From assembly GCA_012840395.1 (NCBI GenBank), contig DULL01000036.1, forward strand, positions 5,832 to 69,831: 64,000 nt of DNA. The letters are read 5' to 3'. Of this stretch, positions 48,419 to 57,810 are shown piece after piece. Origin of the DNA: Clostridiaceae bacterium (GTDB taxonomy: Bacteria; Bacillota; Clostridia; Acetivibrionales; DULL01). Each line of letters begins with the position of its first letter. Position 1 is the stretch's first letter. Below the pieces are notes generated by a model. The model was not told the origin of the DNA. It worked only from the letters and a program-made list of their open reading frames with translations, and did not search any database. The position numbers and the translations under genes are program-made.

Positions 48419-49927
48419 ATGTATGTATTAGGCATAGACGTCGGAACTACTGGTACGAAATCTATGTTGATCAACGAGAAAGGTGATATATTATGCAACG
48501 CTTACAAAGGTTACCCATTAATAAAACCGGGCAATAATCAAGTGGAACAACGTGCAGAGGATTGGTGGGATGCGGTTGTTGAAACAGTAAGAAAATGTAC
48601 AAGCGTAATAGAAGACAAGCATAACATCAAGGCAATTTCTTTGTCAACTCAGGGCGGAAGCCTGGTTCCTGTGGATGCCAACTGTAAGCCATTATCTAAT
48701 GTAATAGTATGGATGGATAGCAGGGCAGTTGATCAAAGAAATGAGCTTCTGAAGACCTATGGCAAAGAAATGTTTTATAAGAAGACTGGCTGGAATTTAT
48801 CAGCCGGGGGTAATTTGGTTGAGATAAAATGGATTCATGACAATAATAAAGAATTATTTGATAAAACATACAAATTCTTATCAACTATCGAATATGTTAA
48901 TTACAAACTTACAGGAGAATATGTTATAGATCCGTCCAATGCCGCAATGACAAACCTTATCAATATAAATACAGCCCAATGGGATGAGGTGCTGGTTGAG
49001 GCTGCTGGAATAAAAGAAGACAGACTGCCTCGAGTTATGGAATCAGGTGCTGAGATTGGGACATTAACCAGGGAAGCTGCTGATGAATTAGGGCTAGATA
49101 CTTCAGTTAAAGTAATAAATGGAGGACATGACCAGTACTGTACTGCTGTAGGAGCAGGGGCTTTTAAACCTGGAGAGGTTTTCCTGGCAACCGGTACTGC
49201 CTGGGTAATTTTAGGGACATTCCAGTCACCCATTTTTGATACTGTTAAACGTATTGCTCCGGGCCGCCATATTGTCAAGGATCTGTGGGGCGGGCTTGTT
49301 TCGGTTCCTACAGGCGGAGTATCAATGGAATGGTTCCGGGATAATTTTGCATTAAATGTTGCTGACAGTGAAGGAAATATCACAAAGGAAAGCTTCAAGG
49401 ATATTGATATGAAAGCCTCAAGTGTTATGAAAAGGGCTGAATCAGTTTTCTTCTATCCCTATTATGGCGGTTCAAGGTACCCCAATTACAGCAGTACCAC
49501 AAAAGCCAGCTTTATGGGGTTAGGATTGGAACATGACCGGTATGATATGGCTTTGGCAATAATGGAAGGTGTTGTTTTTGAAGCATTCAGTTCAATAGAG
49601 CATTTTGAGGAAAAGGGATGTAAAGCAGACGTGCTCAGAGTTTTGGGCGGTGCAAGTAAGAGTGAGCTATGGACCAATATTATCTCTGCTGTAGCAGGAA
49701 GACCTGTAATAAGATTTAAAGAAGCAGATGTAGCTTGTATTGGAGCAGGAATTGTTGCAGGAGTAGGCTGTGGCATGTTTAAAGATTATGAAGAAGGATA
49801 TGAGAAAACTATAAGGGGCGGTAAGCAAACAGAGGCATCTGATGAACTAAAGCAGTTCTATAAGAATAAATATCAAAGATACAGAAAAGGAATACAAACA
49901 ATTGACGATTATTACAAGGAGGCATAA
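48419..49927 (+). CDS. FGGY-family carbohydrate kinase (xylulokinase-like)
   Basis: 502 aa. N-terminus YVLGIDVGTTGTK plus both FGGY N- and C-domains. Confidence 0.85.
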   Translation: MYVLGIDVGTTGTKSMLINEKGDILCNAYKGYPLIKPGNNQVEQRAEDWWDAVVETVRKCTSVIEDKHNIKAISLSTQGGSLVPVDANCKPLSNVIVWMDSRAVDQRNELLKTYGKEMFYKKTGWNLSAGGNLVEIKWIHDNNKELFDKTYKFLSTIEYVNYKLTGEYVIDPSNAAMTNLININTAQWDEVLVEAAGIKEDRLPRVMESGAEIGTLTREAADELGLDTSVKVINGGHDQYCTAVGAGAFKPGEVFLATGTAWVILGTFQSPIFDTVKRIAPGRHIVKDLWGGLVSVPTGGVSMEWFRDNFALNVADSEGNITKESFKDIDMKASSVMKRAESVFFYPYYGGSRYPNYSSTTKASFMGLGLEHDRYDMALAIMEGVVFEAFSSIEHFEEKGCKADVLRVLGGASKSELWTNIISAVAGRPVIRFKEADVACIGAGIVAGVGCGMFKDYEEGYEKTIRGGKQTEASDELKQFYKNKYQRYRKGIQTIDDYYKEA

Positions 49928-49929
49928 CT

Positions 49930-50970
49930 ATGTCAAAGTTATTTGAAGTAAAACCGTTTGATAAAGCTTTTTATGAAGAGAAGTTAAAGAGCTTTCTTCC
50001 CAGTAAATTTGTTGATATACATACCCATATATGGCATGAAAGATTCAGGGTGGAAAACGCTAAAGCCCCGGTCCGGGGACAATCATGGCCGGGACGTGTC
50101 GCAAAGCAGAATCCCATAGAAGATTTGGTAGAAACATATAAGCTTATGTTCCCTGATAAAAATGTAATACCTTTACTTTTTGGACAACCCAGCTTTGATT
50201 ACGATATTGATGCATTAAACGATTATGTTGAAGCCTGCGCTAAAGAATATAAGTATCCTGCATTGGCTCTTGCCGTACCTGACTGGAGTCAGGAAAAATT
50301 TGAAAATGTAATTCTTAAAGGTGGATTTTTAGGATGTAAGGTATACCTTAATTTTGCAGCTCCTTACATACCACAGGATGAAATAAGGATATTTGACTTC
50401 CTGCCTCCACATCAGCTTGAAGTTCTTGATAAACATGGCTGGGTTGTAGTTCTTCACATACCGAGAAAAGCCAGGTTGAAAGATCCAGTAAATCTTGCGC
50501 AGATGCTGGAAATCGAAAAAAAGTATCCTAATGTTAAATTAATAATTGCACATGTGGGAAGAGCATATTGTCCGGAAGATGTTGGAAATGCTTTTGAAGT
50601 CCTTGCAGAAACAAAAAACATGATGTTTGATTTTTGTGCAAATACCAACCAGTGGGTTTTTGAACAGTTAATAAAGGCAGTAGGTTCAAAGAGAATCCTT
50701 TTTGGAAGCGATATGCCTATTTTACGCATGAGAAGTCGCCGTATTTGCGAAAATGGAACCTATGTAAACCTTATTCCAAAAGGATTATATGGAGATGTAT
50801 CAGGAGATATCCATATGCGGGAAGTAGAAGGTGAAGAAGCAGAAAAAATCACTTTCTTCATGTATGAAGAAATAGATGCATTCAGACGTGCTGCTGAAGC
50901 CACCGGATTAACTGCTGCAGATATAGAGGATATTTTCTATAACAACGCAGCAAAATTATTAAATCTGTAA
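49930..50970 (+). CDS. Amidohydrolase-2-type metal-dependent TIM-barrel hydrolase
   Basis: 346 aa. VDIHTHIW metal motif, HIPR/AHVGR strands, and FGSDMP near the C-terminus. Confidence 0.75.
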   Translation: MSKLFEVKPFDKAFYEEKLKSFLPSKFVDIHTHIWHERFRVENAKAPVRGQSWPGRVAKQNPIEDLVETYKLMFPDKNVIPLLFGQPSFDYDIDALNDYVEACAKEYKYPALALAVPDWSQEKFENVILKGGFLGCKVYLNFAAPYIPQDEIRIFDFLPPHQLEVLDKHGWVVVLHIPRKARLKDPVNLAQMLEIEKKYPNVKLIIAHVGRAYCPEDVGNAFEVLAETKNMMFDFCANTNQWVFEQLIKAVGSKRILFGSDMPILRMRSRRICENGTYVNLIPKGLYGDVSGDIHMREVEGEEAEKITFFMYEEIDAFRRAAEATGLTAADIEDIFYNNAAKLLNL

Positions 50971-50978
50971 TAATAATA

Positions 50979-51045
50979 AAAATAGATAACAAAATGATAA
51001 CAAAATAGATAACAAAATATATAACAACAAATATATAACAACAAA
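50979..51045. repeat. AT-rich tandem repeats, about 5 units of AAAATAGATAAC-like sequence
   Basis: AAAATAGATAAC / AAAATGATAAC / AAAATAGATAAC / AAAATATATAAC / AACAAATATATAAC. Confidence 0.85.
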
Positions 51046-51085
51046 AAAGTAATATAATTATTAAATTTATGAGAGGATGATGTTA

Positions 51086-52474
51086 ATGAGAAAAGTAAAA
51101 GTTGGACTTTTACCACTTTACATTAAGCTGTATGATGATGCGAATCCTAGTATGAGAATCAGAATAGACGCTTTCAGAGATGCAATTATTGATGAGCTGA
51201 CAAAAAGAGGGCTGGAGGTAGTAGCAGCTCCTGTATGCAGAATTGAACCGGAATTTGAAGAAGCAGTAAGCAATTTTGAGAAAAATGACGTTGATGCAAT
51301 CGTTACATTGCACTTAGCTTATTCACCGTCTCTGGAGTCATCCGATATATTGGCAAAAACAAAGCTCCCTATAATTGTCTTGGATACAACACCAACATTT
51401 AATTTCAGTCCTTCCCAGCAAACCGAGGAGATTTCATATAACCATGGAATACATGGAGTACAGGATATGTGCAATCTTCTCATAAGAAATAATAAACCAT
51501 TCTTCATTGAAGCAGGCCACTGGGAGAAATCCGATGTACTTGACAGAGTAGTCAAATGTGCAAAGGCTGCTGTAATTGCAAAGAATATGAAGAAAGCCAG
51601 GGTAGGTAAAATCGGTGGAGATTTCAAGGGAATGGGAGATTTTACTGTACCTGTGGACATACTTAAGTCTACTATAGGGATGGAAGTAGTTTTCTTTAAT
51701 CCTGAAAAAGATTCAGTATATTTTAACAATATAAGCGATGAAGAAATAGAAAAAGAAATGCAGGAAGACCTGGTAAGATTTGATGCAGGGAACATAAACA
51801 AGGAAACATTGAAGAATTCCATAGTTACAGGATTAGGAGTCCGTAAATGGATTGAAAAAGAAGGATTAACTGCATTTACAGTTAATTTCTTAAATATTGA
51901 TAAAAAGTCCGGACTGCCAACAGTACCATTCCTCGAAGCCAGCAAAGCACTTGCCAGAGGAATCGGCTATGCCGGTGAAGGGGATGTTTTAACAGCTGCT
52001 TTGGTAGGTTCTTTACTTTCGGTATTTCCTGAAACATCATTTACAGAAATGTTCTGCCCTGATTGGGAGAATAACAGCGTATTCTTAAGCCATATGGGCG
52101 AAACCAATATTAATTTAATGGCTGAAAAACCAATATTGGTTGAACATCCATTCCCATATACAGATGCTAACAAACCCGCAGTAGCACAGGGAAGGTTTAA
52201 AGAAGGAGAAGCTACATTTGTTGACCTGGCTCCGGGACCAAACAATACTTATTCCCTTATAATTTCTAAAGGAGAGATGTTGGGAGTTGAGGGCGAAGAT
52301 AAAATGAAGAATAGTATACATGGATGGTTTAAGCCTTCAATGTCTGTGGCAGATTTCCTTGCAAGTTACAGTAAGGTTGGAGGAACTCACCATGCTGCAC
52401 TTGTTTATGGAGATGTTATAAAGGAATTAAAGTGCTTTGGTGAACTAATGGGATGGAAGGTACTGGAGATTTAA
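51086..52474 (+). CDS. L-arabinose/L-fucose-isomerase-family sugar isomerase
   Basis: About 462 aa. N-terminus KVGLLPLYIKLYD and a C-terminal GGTHHAALVYGD motif typical of the family. The start (ATG 51086) is uncertain within MMLMRK. Confidence 0.7.
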   Translation: MRKVKVGLLPLYIKLYDDANPSMRIRIDAFRDAIIDELTKRGLEVVAAPVCRIEPEFEEAVSNFEKNDVDAIVTLHLAYSPSLESSDILAKTKLPIIVLDTTPTFNFSPSQQTEEISYNHGIHGVQDMCNLLIRNNKPFFIEAGHWEKSDVLDRVVKCAKAAVIAKNMKKARVGKIGGDFKGMGDFTVPVDILKSTIGMEVVFFNPEKDSVYFNNISDEEIEKEMQEDLVRFDAGNINKETLKNSIVTGLGVRKWIEKEGLTAFTVNFLNIDKKSGLPTVPFLEASKALARGIGYAGEGDVLTAALVGSLLSVFPETSFTEMFCPDWENNSVFLSHMGETNINLMAEKPILVEHPFPYTDANKPAVAQGRFKEGEATFVDLAPGPNNTYSLIISKGEMLGVEGEDKMKNSIHGWFKPSMSVADFLASYSKVGGTHHAALVYGDVIKELKCFGELMGWKVLEI

Positions 52475-52546
52475 CAGTACGGGTGAATAATATCCTGATT
52501 ATAGTTGAATAATAAATTTGAGATTTTTTCATACTCTTAATGTAGA

Positions 52547-52601
52547 GGAGCAACATAGTTTGCAGGCATAAATTAAAGACCTGAATGTTGTTCCTTTTTT
52601 T
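52547..52601 (+). terminator. Rho-independent terminator of the sugar operon
   Basis: GGAGCAACAT / ATGTTGTTCC stem with one mismatch, followed by T7. Confidence 0.65.
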
Positions 52602-52713
52602 ATTTAACTGGATTATTTTATTTATAAGATTATTGTTTTAGATTATCAGATTATTTCTTTACATTTCATCGGATATTTTTTTTCTTATGCAGAACTTTCC
52701 TCGGTAACAATTA

Positions 52714-52742
52714 TTGCCTAGAATATTTCACAAGGGTATAAT
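52714..52742 (+). promoter_or_regulatory. Sigma-A-type promoter TTGCCT-17-TATAAT for the ClpE-like gene
   Basis: -35 at 52714-52719 and -10 at 52737-52742. Implies a ~165-nt leader. Confidence 0.5.
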
Positions 52743-52914
52743 ATATATGTTATATATAGCTTAATTTGCTATGCTTGCTAATAAAGTAATATTTAGTAAG
52801 TATATAACATGAGTTTTGAGTGTTAGAAACTGTATATAAATTGGTACAATAATTAACATATAATCGCTGCTAATTACTATACTAAACAGAGCACAGCGAA
52901 AGGGATGATTCGAA

Positions 52915-55260
52915 ATGATGATGTGTTCAATATGCAAAGTTAATTATGCAATTGTTTTTATAACCAGAATATTTAATGGAAAACAAATACAAGAAGGCCT
53001 TTGTTTAACTTGCGCAAAGAAACAAGGCATTCAACCTATAAACCAGCTAATTGAGCAGACAGGAATGACGGAAGAAGATATTGATAATCTTAACCGCCAA
53101 ATGGGAAGCATGTTTGAGGACATAGATCTGGAAGGGCTGAATGAAAAAGCAGGGGAATTTGATTTATTTAACCAGGATCAAAGTCCCGCTGGCAATGGCA
53201 ATCCCTTCTTTAACCTGATAAACCGTGCGTTTTCAAAGAATAGTGGTAACTTGAGAAATGTTAAAGAACCACAAAATGATAATTCACAGGGTAAGGATAG
53301 CAGGAACTCAACAAGAACAAAGGTACAGGATAAGAAAAACGGAAAAAAGAAAAAATATCTGGATTTATACGGTTCAAATTTAACTGATTTGGCAAAAGAT
53401 GACCAGATTGACAGAGTAATCGGAAGAGAGAAAGAGATTGACAGAGTTATACAAATATTAAACAGACGTACAAAAAATAACCCTGTATTAATTGGAGAGC
53501 CTGGAGTAGGTAAAACCGCAATAGCTGAAGGGCTTGCTGTAAGAATTGCAAAGAAACAGGTTCCTGCCAAATTATTAAACTCTGAAATATATCTTCTGGA
53601 CTTAACCTCGGTAGTTGCCGGTACGCAGTTTAGAGGGCAATTTGAAAGCCGTATGAAGGGTATTGTGGAGGAGGCAAAGTCACTGGGAAATATTATCCTT
53701 GTGATTGATGAGCTTCACAATATAATGGGAGCAGGTGAGGCTGAGGGAGCAATGAATGCTGCAAATATCCTTAAGCCAGCCTTGGCCAAGGGTGAAATTC
53801 AGGTTATAGGTGCTACAACTATCAATGAATACAGAAAATATATTGAAAAAGATTCCGCTCTGGAAAGAAGGTTCCAGCCAATAATTGTAGAAGAGCCTTC
53901 AATACAGGAAAGTATAGAGATTTTAAAAGGTATCAGAGATTATTATGAAAATTACCACGGTGTAAAATACTCTGATGAAGTTATTGAGGCAGCGGTGGTA
54001 CTTTCTGAGAGGTATATCACTGACAGGTATTTGCCTGACAAGGCTATTGATGTAATTGATGAAGCCGGCTCAAAAGCCAACCTGAAAAATGTGGCTTTAG
54101 CAAAACTGGAAACCTTAAAACAGGAGTTGAAAAAAGTTCAGGAAGAAAAAGAAAGTGCTGTATCGGCAGACTCTATAGAAGATTATCAGAAGGCAGCAGA
54201 CTTAAAAGTGAGAGAATGCAGGCTCCTGGAACAGATTAGGGTTTTGGAAGAAAAGACTAAGGCAGTGGAAATCACTGTAGAGGATATCGCAAATGTAATA
54301 GAATCATGGACTAAGATACCTGTACAGCGTATTACTGAGGTTGAGGCAGAAAAACTGATTAATCTTGAGTCCAGGATTGCAAAAAGGATAATAGGACAGA
54401 AGGAAGCAATTAAGGCTGTTTCAAAGGCAATTAGAAGAAACAGGTCAGGCTTCAGAAAGAAAAAGAAACCTACTTCCTTTATATTTGTAGGTCCGACAGG
54501 TGTAGGAAAAACCGAACTGGTTAAGACTTTGGCTGCTGAACTTTTTGAAAGTGAAGAAGCACTTATAAGGCTAGATATGTCCGAGTACATGGAAAAGCAT
54601 ACAGTATCGAAATTGATAGGCTCACCGCCCGGATATGTTGGTTATGATGACGGAGGACAGTTTACCGAAAAGGTAAGAAGAAAACCTTATTCTGTTATAC
54701 TGATGGATGAAATTGAGAAGGCTCATCCTGATGTATTTAATATGCTGCTTCAGATTCTTGAAGATGGCAGACTGACAGATAGCCATGGAAGAGTTGTTAA
54801 TTTTGAAAACACTATAATAATAATGACTTCCAATGCCGGAACAAACCTTAAATCATCCGGTATAGGATTTAACAAGGACGGGTATATTGCCCTTGAAAGC
54901 AAGGTAAAAGGAGTATTGCAAGAAATATTCAGACCGGAATTCCTAAATAGAGTTGATGAAATAATTGTATTTACCGAACTCAGCAAAGAGGAAATAAAGG
55001 AAATTGCCAACCTTATGCTTGAAGAGGTAAAAAGTACAGCAGCTGCAAACAATATCAAGCTGGAATTTACCGAAGCTTTAAAAGATTTTATTGTTGAAAA
55101 GGGATATGATCCAAAGTATGGGGCAAGACCGTTAAGAAGAACTATACAAAAGTATATTGAAGATGAGCTTTCTGAAATTTATATTAGAGGAACTTGTAAA
55201 CCTGGAGATACCATAAAGGTTGATTATTGCCAGGAAATAAAATTTGAGGTATTAAAATAA
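52915..55260 (+). CDS. ClpE-like AAA+ unfoldase (N-terminal zinc ribbon, two AAA modules, ClpP-docking IGF loop)
   Basis: 781 aa. CSIC..CLTC zinc ribbon instead of Clp_N repeats. Walker A motifs GEPGVGKT and GPTGVGKT. A coiled-coil middle domain and GIGF. Confidence 0.85.
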   Translation: MMMCSICKVNYAIVFITRIFNGKQIQEGLCLTCAKKQGIQPINQLIEQTGMTEEDIDNLNRQMGSMFEDIDLEGLNEKAGEFDLFNQDQSPAGNGNPFFNLINRAFSKNSGNLRNVKEPQNDNSQGKDSRNSTRTKVQDKKNGKKKKYLDLYGSNLTDLAKDDQIDRVIGREKEIDRVIQILNRRTKNNPVLIGEPGVGKTAIAEGLAVRIAKKQVPAKLLNSEIYLLDLTSVVAGTQFRGQFESRMKGIVEEAKSLGNIILVIDELHNIMGAGEAEGAMNAANILKPALAKGEIQVIGATTINEYRKYIEKDSALERRFQPIIVEEPSIQESIEILKGIRDYYENYHGVKYSDEVIEAAVVLSERYITDRYLPDKAIDVIDEAGSKANLKNVALAKLETLKQELKKVQEEKESAVSADSIEDYQKAADLKVRECRLLEQIRVLEEKTKAVEITVEDIANVIESWTKIPVQRITEVEAEKLINLESRIAKRIIGQKEAIKAVSKAIRRNRSGFRKKKKPTSFIFVGPTGVGKTELVKTLAAELFESEEALIRLDMSEYMEKHTVSKLIGSPPGYVGYDDGGQFTEKVRRKPYSVILMDEIEKAHPDVFNMLLQILEDGRLTDSHGRVVNFENTIIIMTSNAGTNLKSSGIGFNKDGYIALESKVKGVLQEIFRPEFLNRVDEIIVFTELSKEEIKEIANLMLEEVKSTAAANNIKLEFTEALKDFIVEKGYDPKYGARPLRRTIQKYIEDELSEIYIRGTCKPGDTIKVDYCQEIKFEVLK

Positions 55261-55281
55261 TAATTTTTCAGGAGAGTAGCC

Positions 55282-56004
55282 ATGATAGAGATCAGAAATT
55301 TATCTAAAAGCTATAATAAAGGACAGGTTAAGGCTGTGGATAATCTTACCTTGAATGTTAAAAGTGGTGAGATATTCGGTTTTCTTGGACCTAACGGCGC
55401 AGGAAAGACCACAACAATTAAAATGCTGGTAGGCTTACTTAATCCGGATGAAGGCAGTATCAAAGTAAATGGATATGATATAAGAGAAAATCCCATAGGT
55501 GTCAAAAACAGCATCGGTTATGTTCCCGATAACCCAGATGTATATGACAGGCTAACCGGGATTGAATACCTGAATTTCATGGCAGATGTATATAACGTTC
55601 CTAAAGATATAAGAAAACAGAGAATTGAAAAATTCCTTGAAATGTTTAACCTCACAGATGCTGTCTCTGATCTCATAAAGAGCTATTCTCATGGAATGAG
55701 ACAGAAAATCGTATTAACAGGGGCTCTGCTTCATGATCCTGCAGTTTGGATTCTTGATGAACCCATGGTAGGTTTAGACCCCAAATCGGCACATTTGTTA
55801 AAGGAACAGATGAGAGCTCATTGTGAAAATGGAAACACAGTGTTCTTTTCCACCCATATTCTTGAAGTGGCAGAAAAGCTGTGTGACCGCATAGGTATTA
55901 TTCATAAAGGTAAACTTATAGCAATAGGTACCATGGATGAACTGAGACAAGGTGATAATGCAGATTCCCTTGAAAGTATCTTTTTGGAGTTGACAGAGCA
56001 ATGA
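55282..56004 (+). CDS. ABC transporter ATP-binding protein (ABC-2 type)
   Basis: 240 aa. GPNGAGKTT, the YSHGMRQK signature region, and ILDEP. Confidence 0.9.
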   Translation: MIEIRNLSKSYNKGQVKAVDNLTLNVKSGEIFGFLGPNGAGKTTTIKMLVGLLNPDEGSIKVNGYDIRENPIGVKNSIGYVPDNPDVYDRLTGIEYLNFMADVYNVPKDIRKQRIEKFLEMFNLTDAVSDLIKSYSHGMRQKIVLTGALLHDPAVWILDEPMVGLDPKSAHLLKEQMRAHCENGNTVFFSTHILEVAEKLCDRIGIIHKGKLIAIGTMDELRQGDNADSLESIFLELTEQ

Positions 56005-57692
56005 AAAAGTTTTTAGCCTTATTGAAAGTTTGTTTGAATATAAACTTTGGGATTTCAGCTTTAAAATATAGATATACAAAAGAAAAAAAGAAGTTGTGGG
56101 AACCAATACTCATTGTCCTGTCAATTATTGTTGGTTTTGGCCCACTGATTGCTTTTTATAGTTTTTTTATTAATGGACTATTCTATGCAGGGCTTACGAT
56201 GGGACAGCCCGAAATTATTCTTACTTTGGCTATAACTGCTGCCCAAATTATTGTGCTGATATTTGGTATTTTTTATGTAATGAGTGCATTCTACTTTTCC
56301 ACGGATATGAATGTTCTTATACCTTTGCCTCTTGGAGCATACCAGGTCCTTGGGGCTAAGTTTATAGTAATAACAGTAAATGAATATTTGACCACATTTC
56401 CTATACTTCTTCCTCCTATTATCATTTATGGCATAAATATGGAAATGGGAGTATTGTATTGGATTAAAGCGCTGTTGGTTGCTCTCTCCATTCCGGTGCT
56501 TCCTCTTGTTCTCAGTTCCATACTTATTGTTGTTCTTATGAGATTTATCAATATAAGAAAAAGCAAGGACTTGCTGGCAGTTATAGGGGGACTTTTTATC
56601 ATAGTTTTAGCTCTTGCATTTAATTATTTTATGCAAAGGCTCCCGCAGAATATAGCAGGTAATGAGGCAGAATTTTTTAACAATCTTATTACAAGCCAGT
56701 ATGGACTAATTAAAGAAATAGGCAGAAAATTTCCTCCAAGCATATGGGCTACCCTGGGTCTTGCCGCTTCCGGCACGGAGGGAGCAGGATATTTCCTGCT
56801 ATTCATTGGAGCATCCATAATGCTATTCTTCTTCCTTCTCTGGATCGGGAATAAGATATTCTATAAAGGTGTAATATCGGGCCAGGAAGTAAACCGCAAA
56901 AGGAAGGTAATGTCTGCTGAAGAGGTTCAAAAGAAATATCAGAAAAGAAGCAACCCGGTAATGGCCATACTCCTGAAAGAATGGAAGATACTTTTAAGGA
57001 CCCCTGTATATGTTCTGAACGGTCTTGTAGGAGCCATTATCGGCCCGTTAATAATATTCCTTACCTTTATAGGCCAGGGCACTTCCGGAGAAATGGCATC
57101 ACTTATTGATATGTTAAAAGATCCCGATATAACCATATATGTATCTTTGGGTGGCTTAGCTGTTATGCTTTTTACATCGGGTATGAATGTGGTGGCTTCA
57201 ACCTCTGTATCCAGGGAGGGAAGAACTTTCTGGATATCAAAAATTATTCCTGTTTCACCTTCATATCAAGCTTTGGGCAAATTCCTGCATGCAATGCTAA
57301 TTTCTTTTATAGGGATTGTACTGACAGGAATTATGATGGTTGTAATATTGGACTATTCAATAGCTATGATGTTCCTTTTAATAATTCTTGGAATATTAGG
57401 TTCTGTACCTCAAATTGCCGTTAATTTGATTATTGACATTATGCACCCAAAGTTGGAATGGAATAATCCTCAGGAAGCTATGAAGCAGAATTTTAATGCT
57501 GTGATAGGCATGCTGGCTTCTTTTTTGATAATGATATTTTATGCTGGTGCAACTTTTTTAATTATATCTTTTAGTCTTCCGGATTGGGTTTTATTTATTG
57601 GCCTTGGATTTGTAATGGCAGTATTATCAATACCCAGCATGATCATATTGTTTGCCGTTGCCAATAGAAAATATGCTTCTCTTGAAGCATGA
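56001..57692 (+). CDS. Large polytopic membrane protein, putative ABC-2 exporter permease
   Basis: 563 aa with about 12 hydrophobic segments. A 4-nt overlap with the ATPase gene. Confidence 0.65.
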   Translation: MKKFLALLKVCLNINFGISALKYRYTKEKKKLWEPILIVLSIIVGFGPLIAFYSFFINGLFYAGLTMGQPEIILTLAITAAQIIVLIFGIFYVMSAFYFSTDMNVLIPLPLGAYQVLGAKFIVITVNEYLTTFPILLPPIIIYGINMEMGVLYWIKALLVALSIPVLPLVLSSILIVVLMRFINIRKSKDLLAVIGGLFIIVLALAFNYFMQRLPQNIAGNEAEFFNNLITSQYGLIKEIGRKFPPSIWATLGLAASGTEGAGYFLLFIGASIMLFFFLLWIGNKIFYKGVISGQEVNRKRKVMSAEEVQKKYQKRSNPVMAILLKEWKILLRTPVYVLNGLVGAIIGPLIIFLTFIGQGTSGEMASLIDMLKDPDITIYVSLGGLAVMLFTSGMNVVASTSVSREGRTFWISKIIPVSPSYQALGKFLHAMLISFIGIVLTGIMMVVILDYSIAMMFLLIILGILGSVPQIAVNLIIDIMHPKLEWNNPQEAMKQNFNAVIGMLASFLIMIFYAGATFLIISFSLPDWVLFIGLGFVMAVLSIPSMIILFAVANRKYASLEA

Positions 57693-57725
57693 AAATTGAG
57701 GAAAGCAAAGGGAGGGTTCTTTCAG

Positions 57726-57793
57726 GCGAAGCACAGGGACGGTTCTTTTGCTTCCGCGTTGACGGAAGCAGAAGAACCGTCCCTGCGCTTCGC
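57726..57793. terminator. Very long (31-position) hairpin, bidirectional terminator between convergent genes
   Basis: GCGAAGCACAGGGACGGTTCTTTTGCTTCCG - CGTTGA - CGGAAGCAGAAGAACCGTCCCTGCGCTTCGC. One mismatch and one G-U. Confidence 0.7.
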
Positions 57794-57810
57794 TAGTTAT
57801 TTTTCGCTAG

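Noticed and set aside
57708-57793. Whether the AGGGACGGTTCTT hairpin arms belong to the same family as TTAGGGACATTCC, or whether the 125-nt element is the REP partner of the Y1 transposase-like gene.
   Set aside because: Only AGGGAC and TTC are shared (about 9 of 13 positions). The hairpins of the 125-nt element (CAGTGGGGAATTGC) do not match the flanking repeats convincingly. The evidence is insufficient without genome-wide counts.
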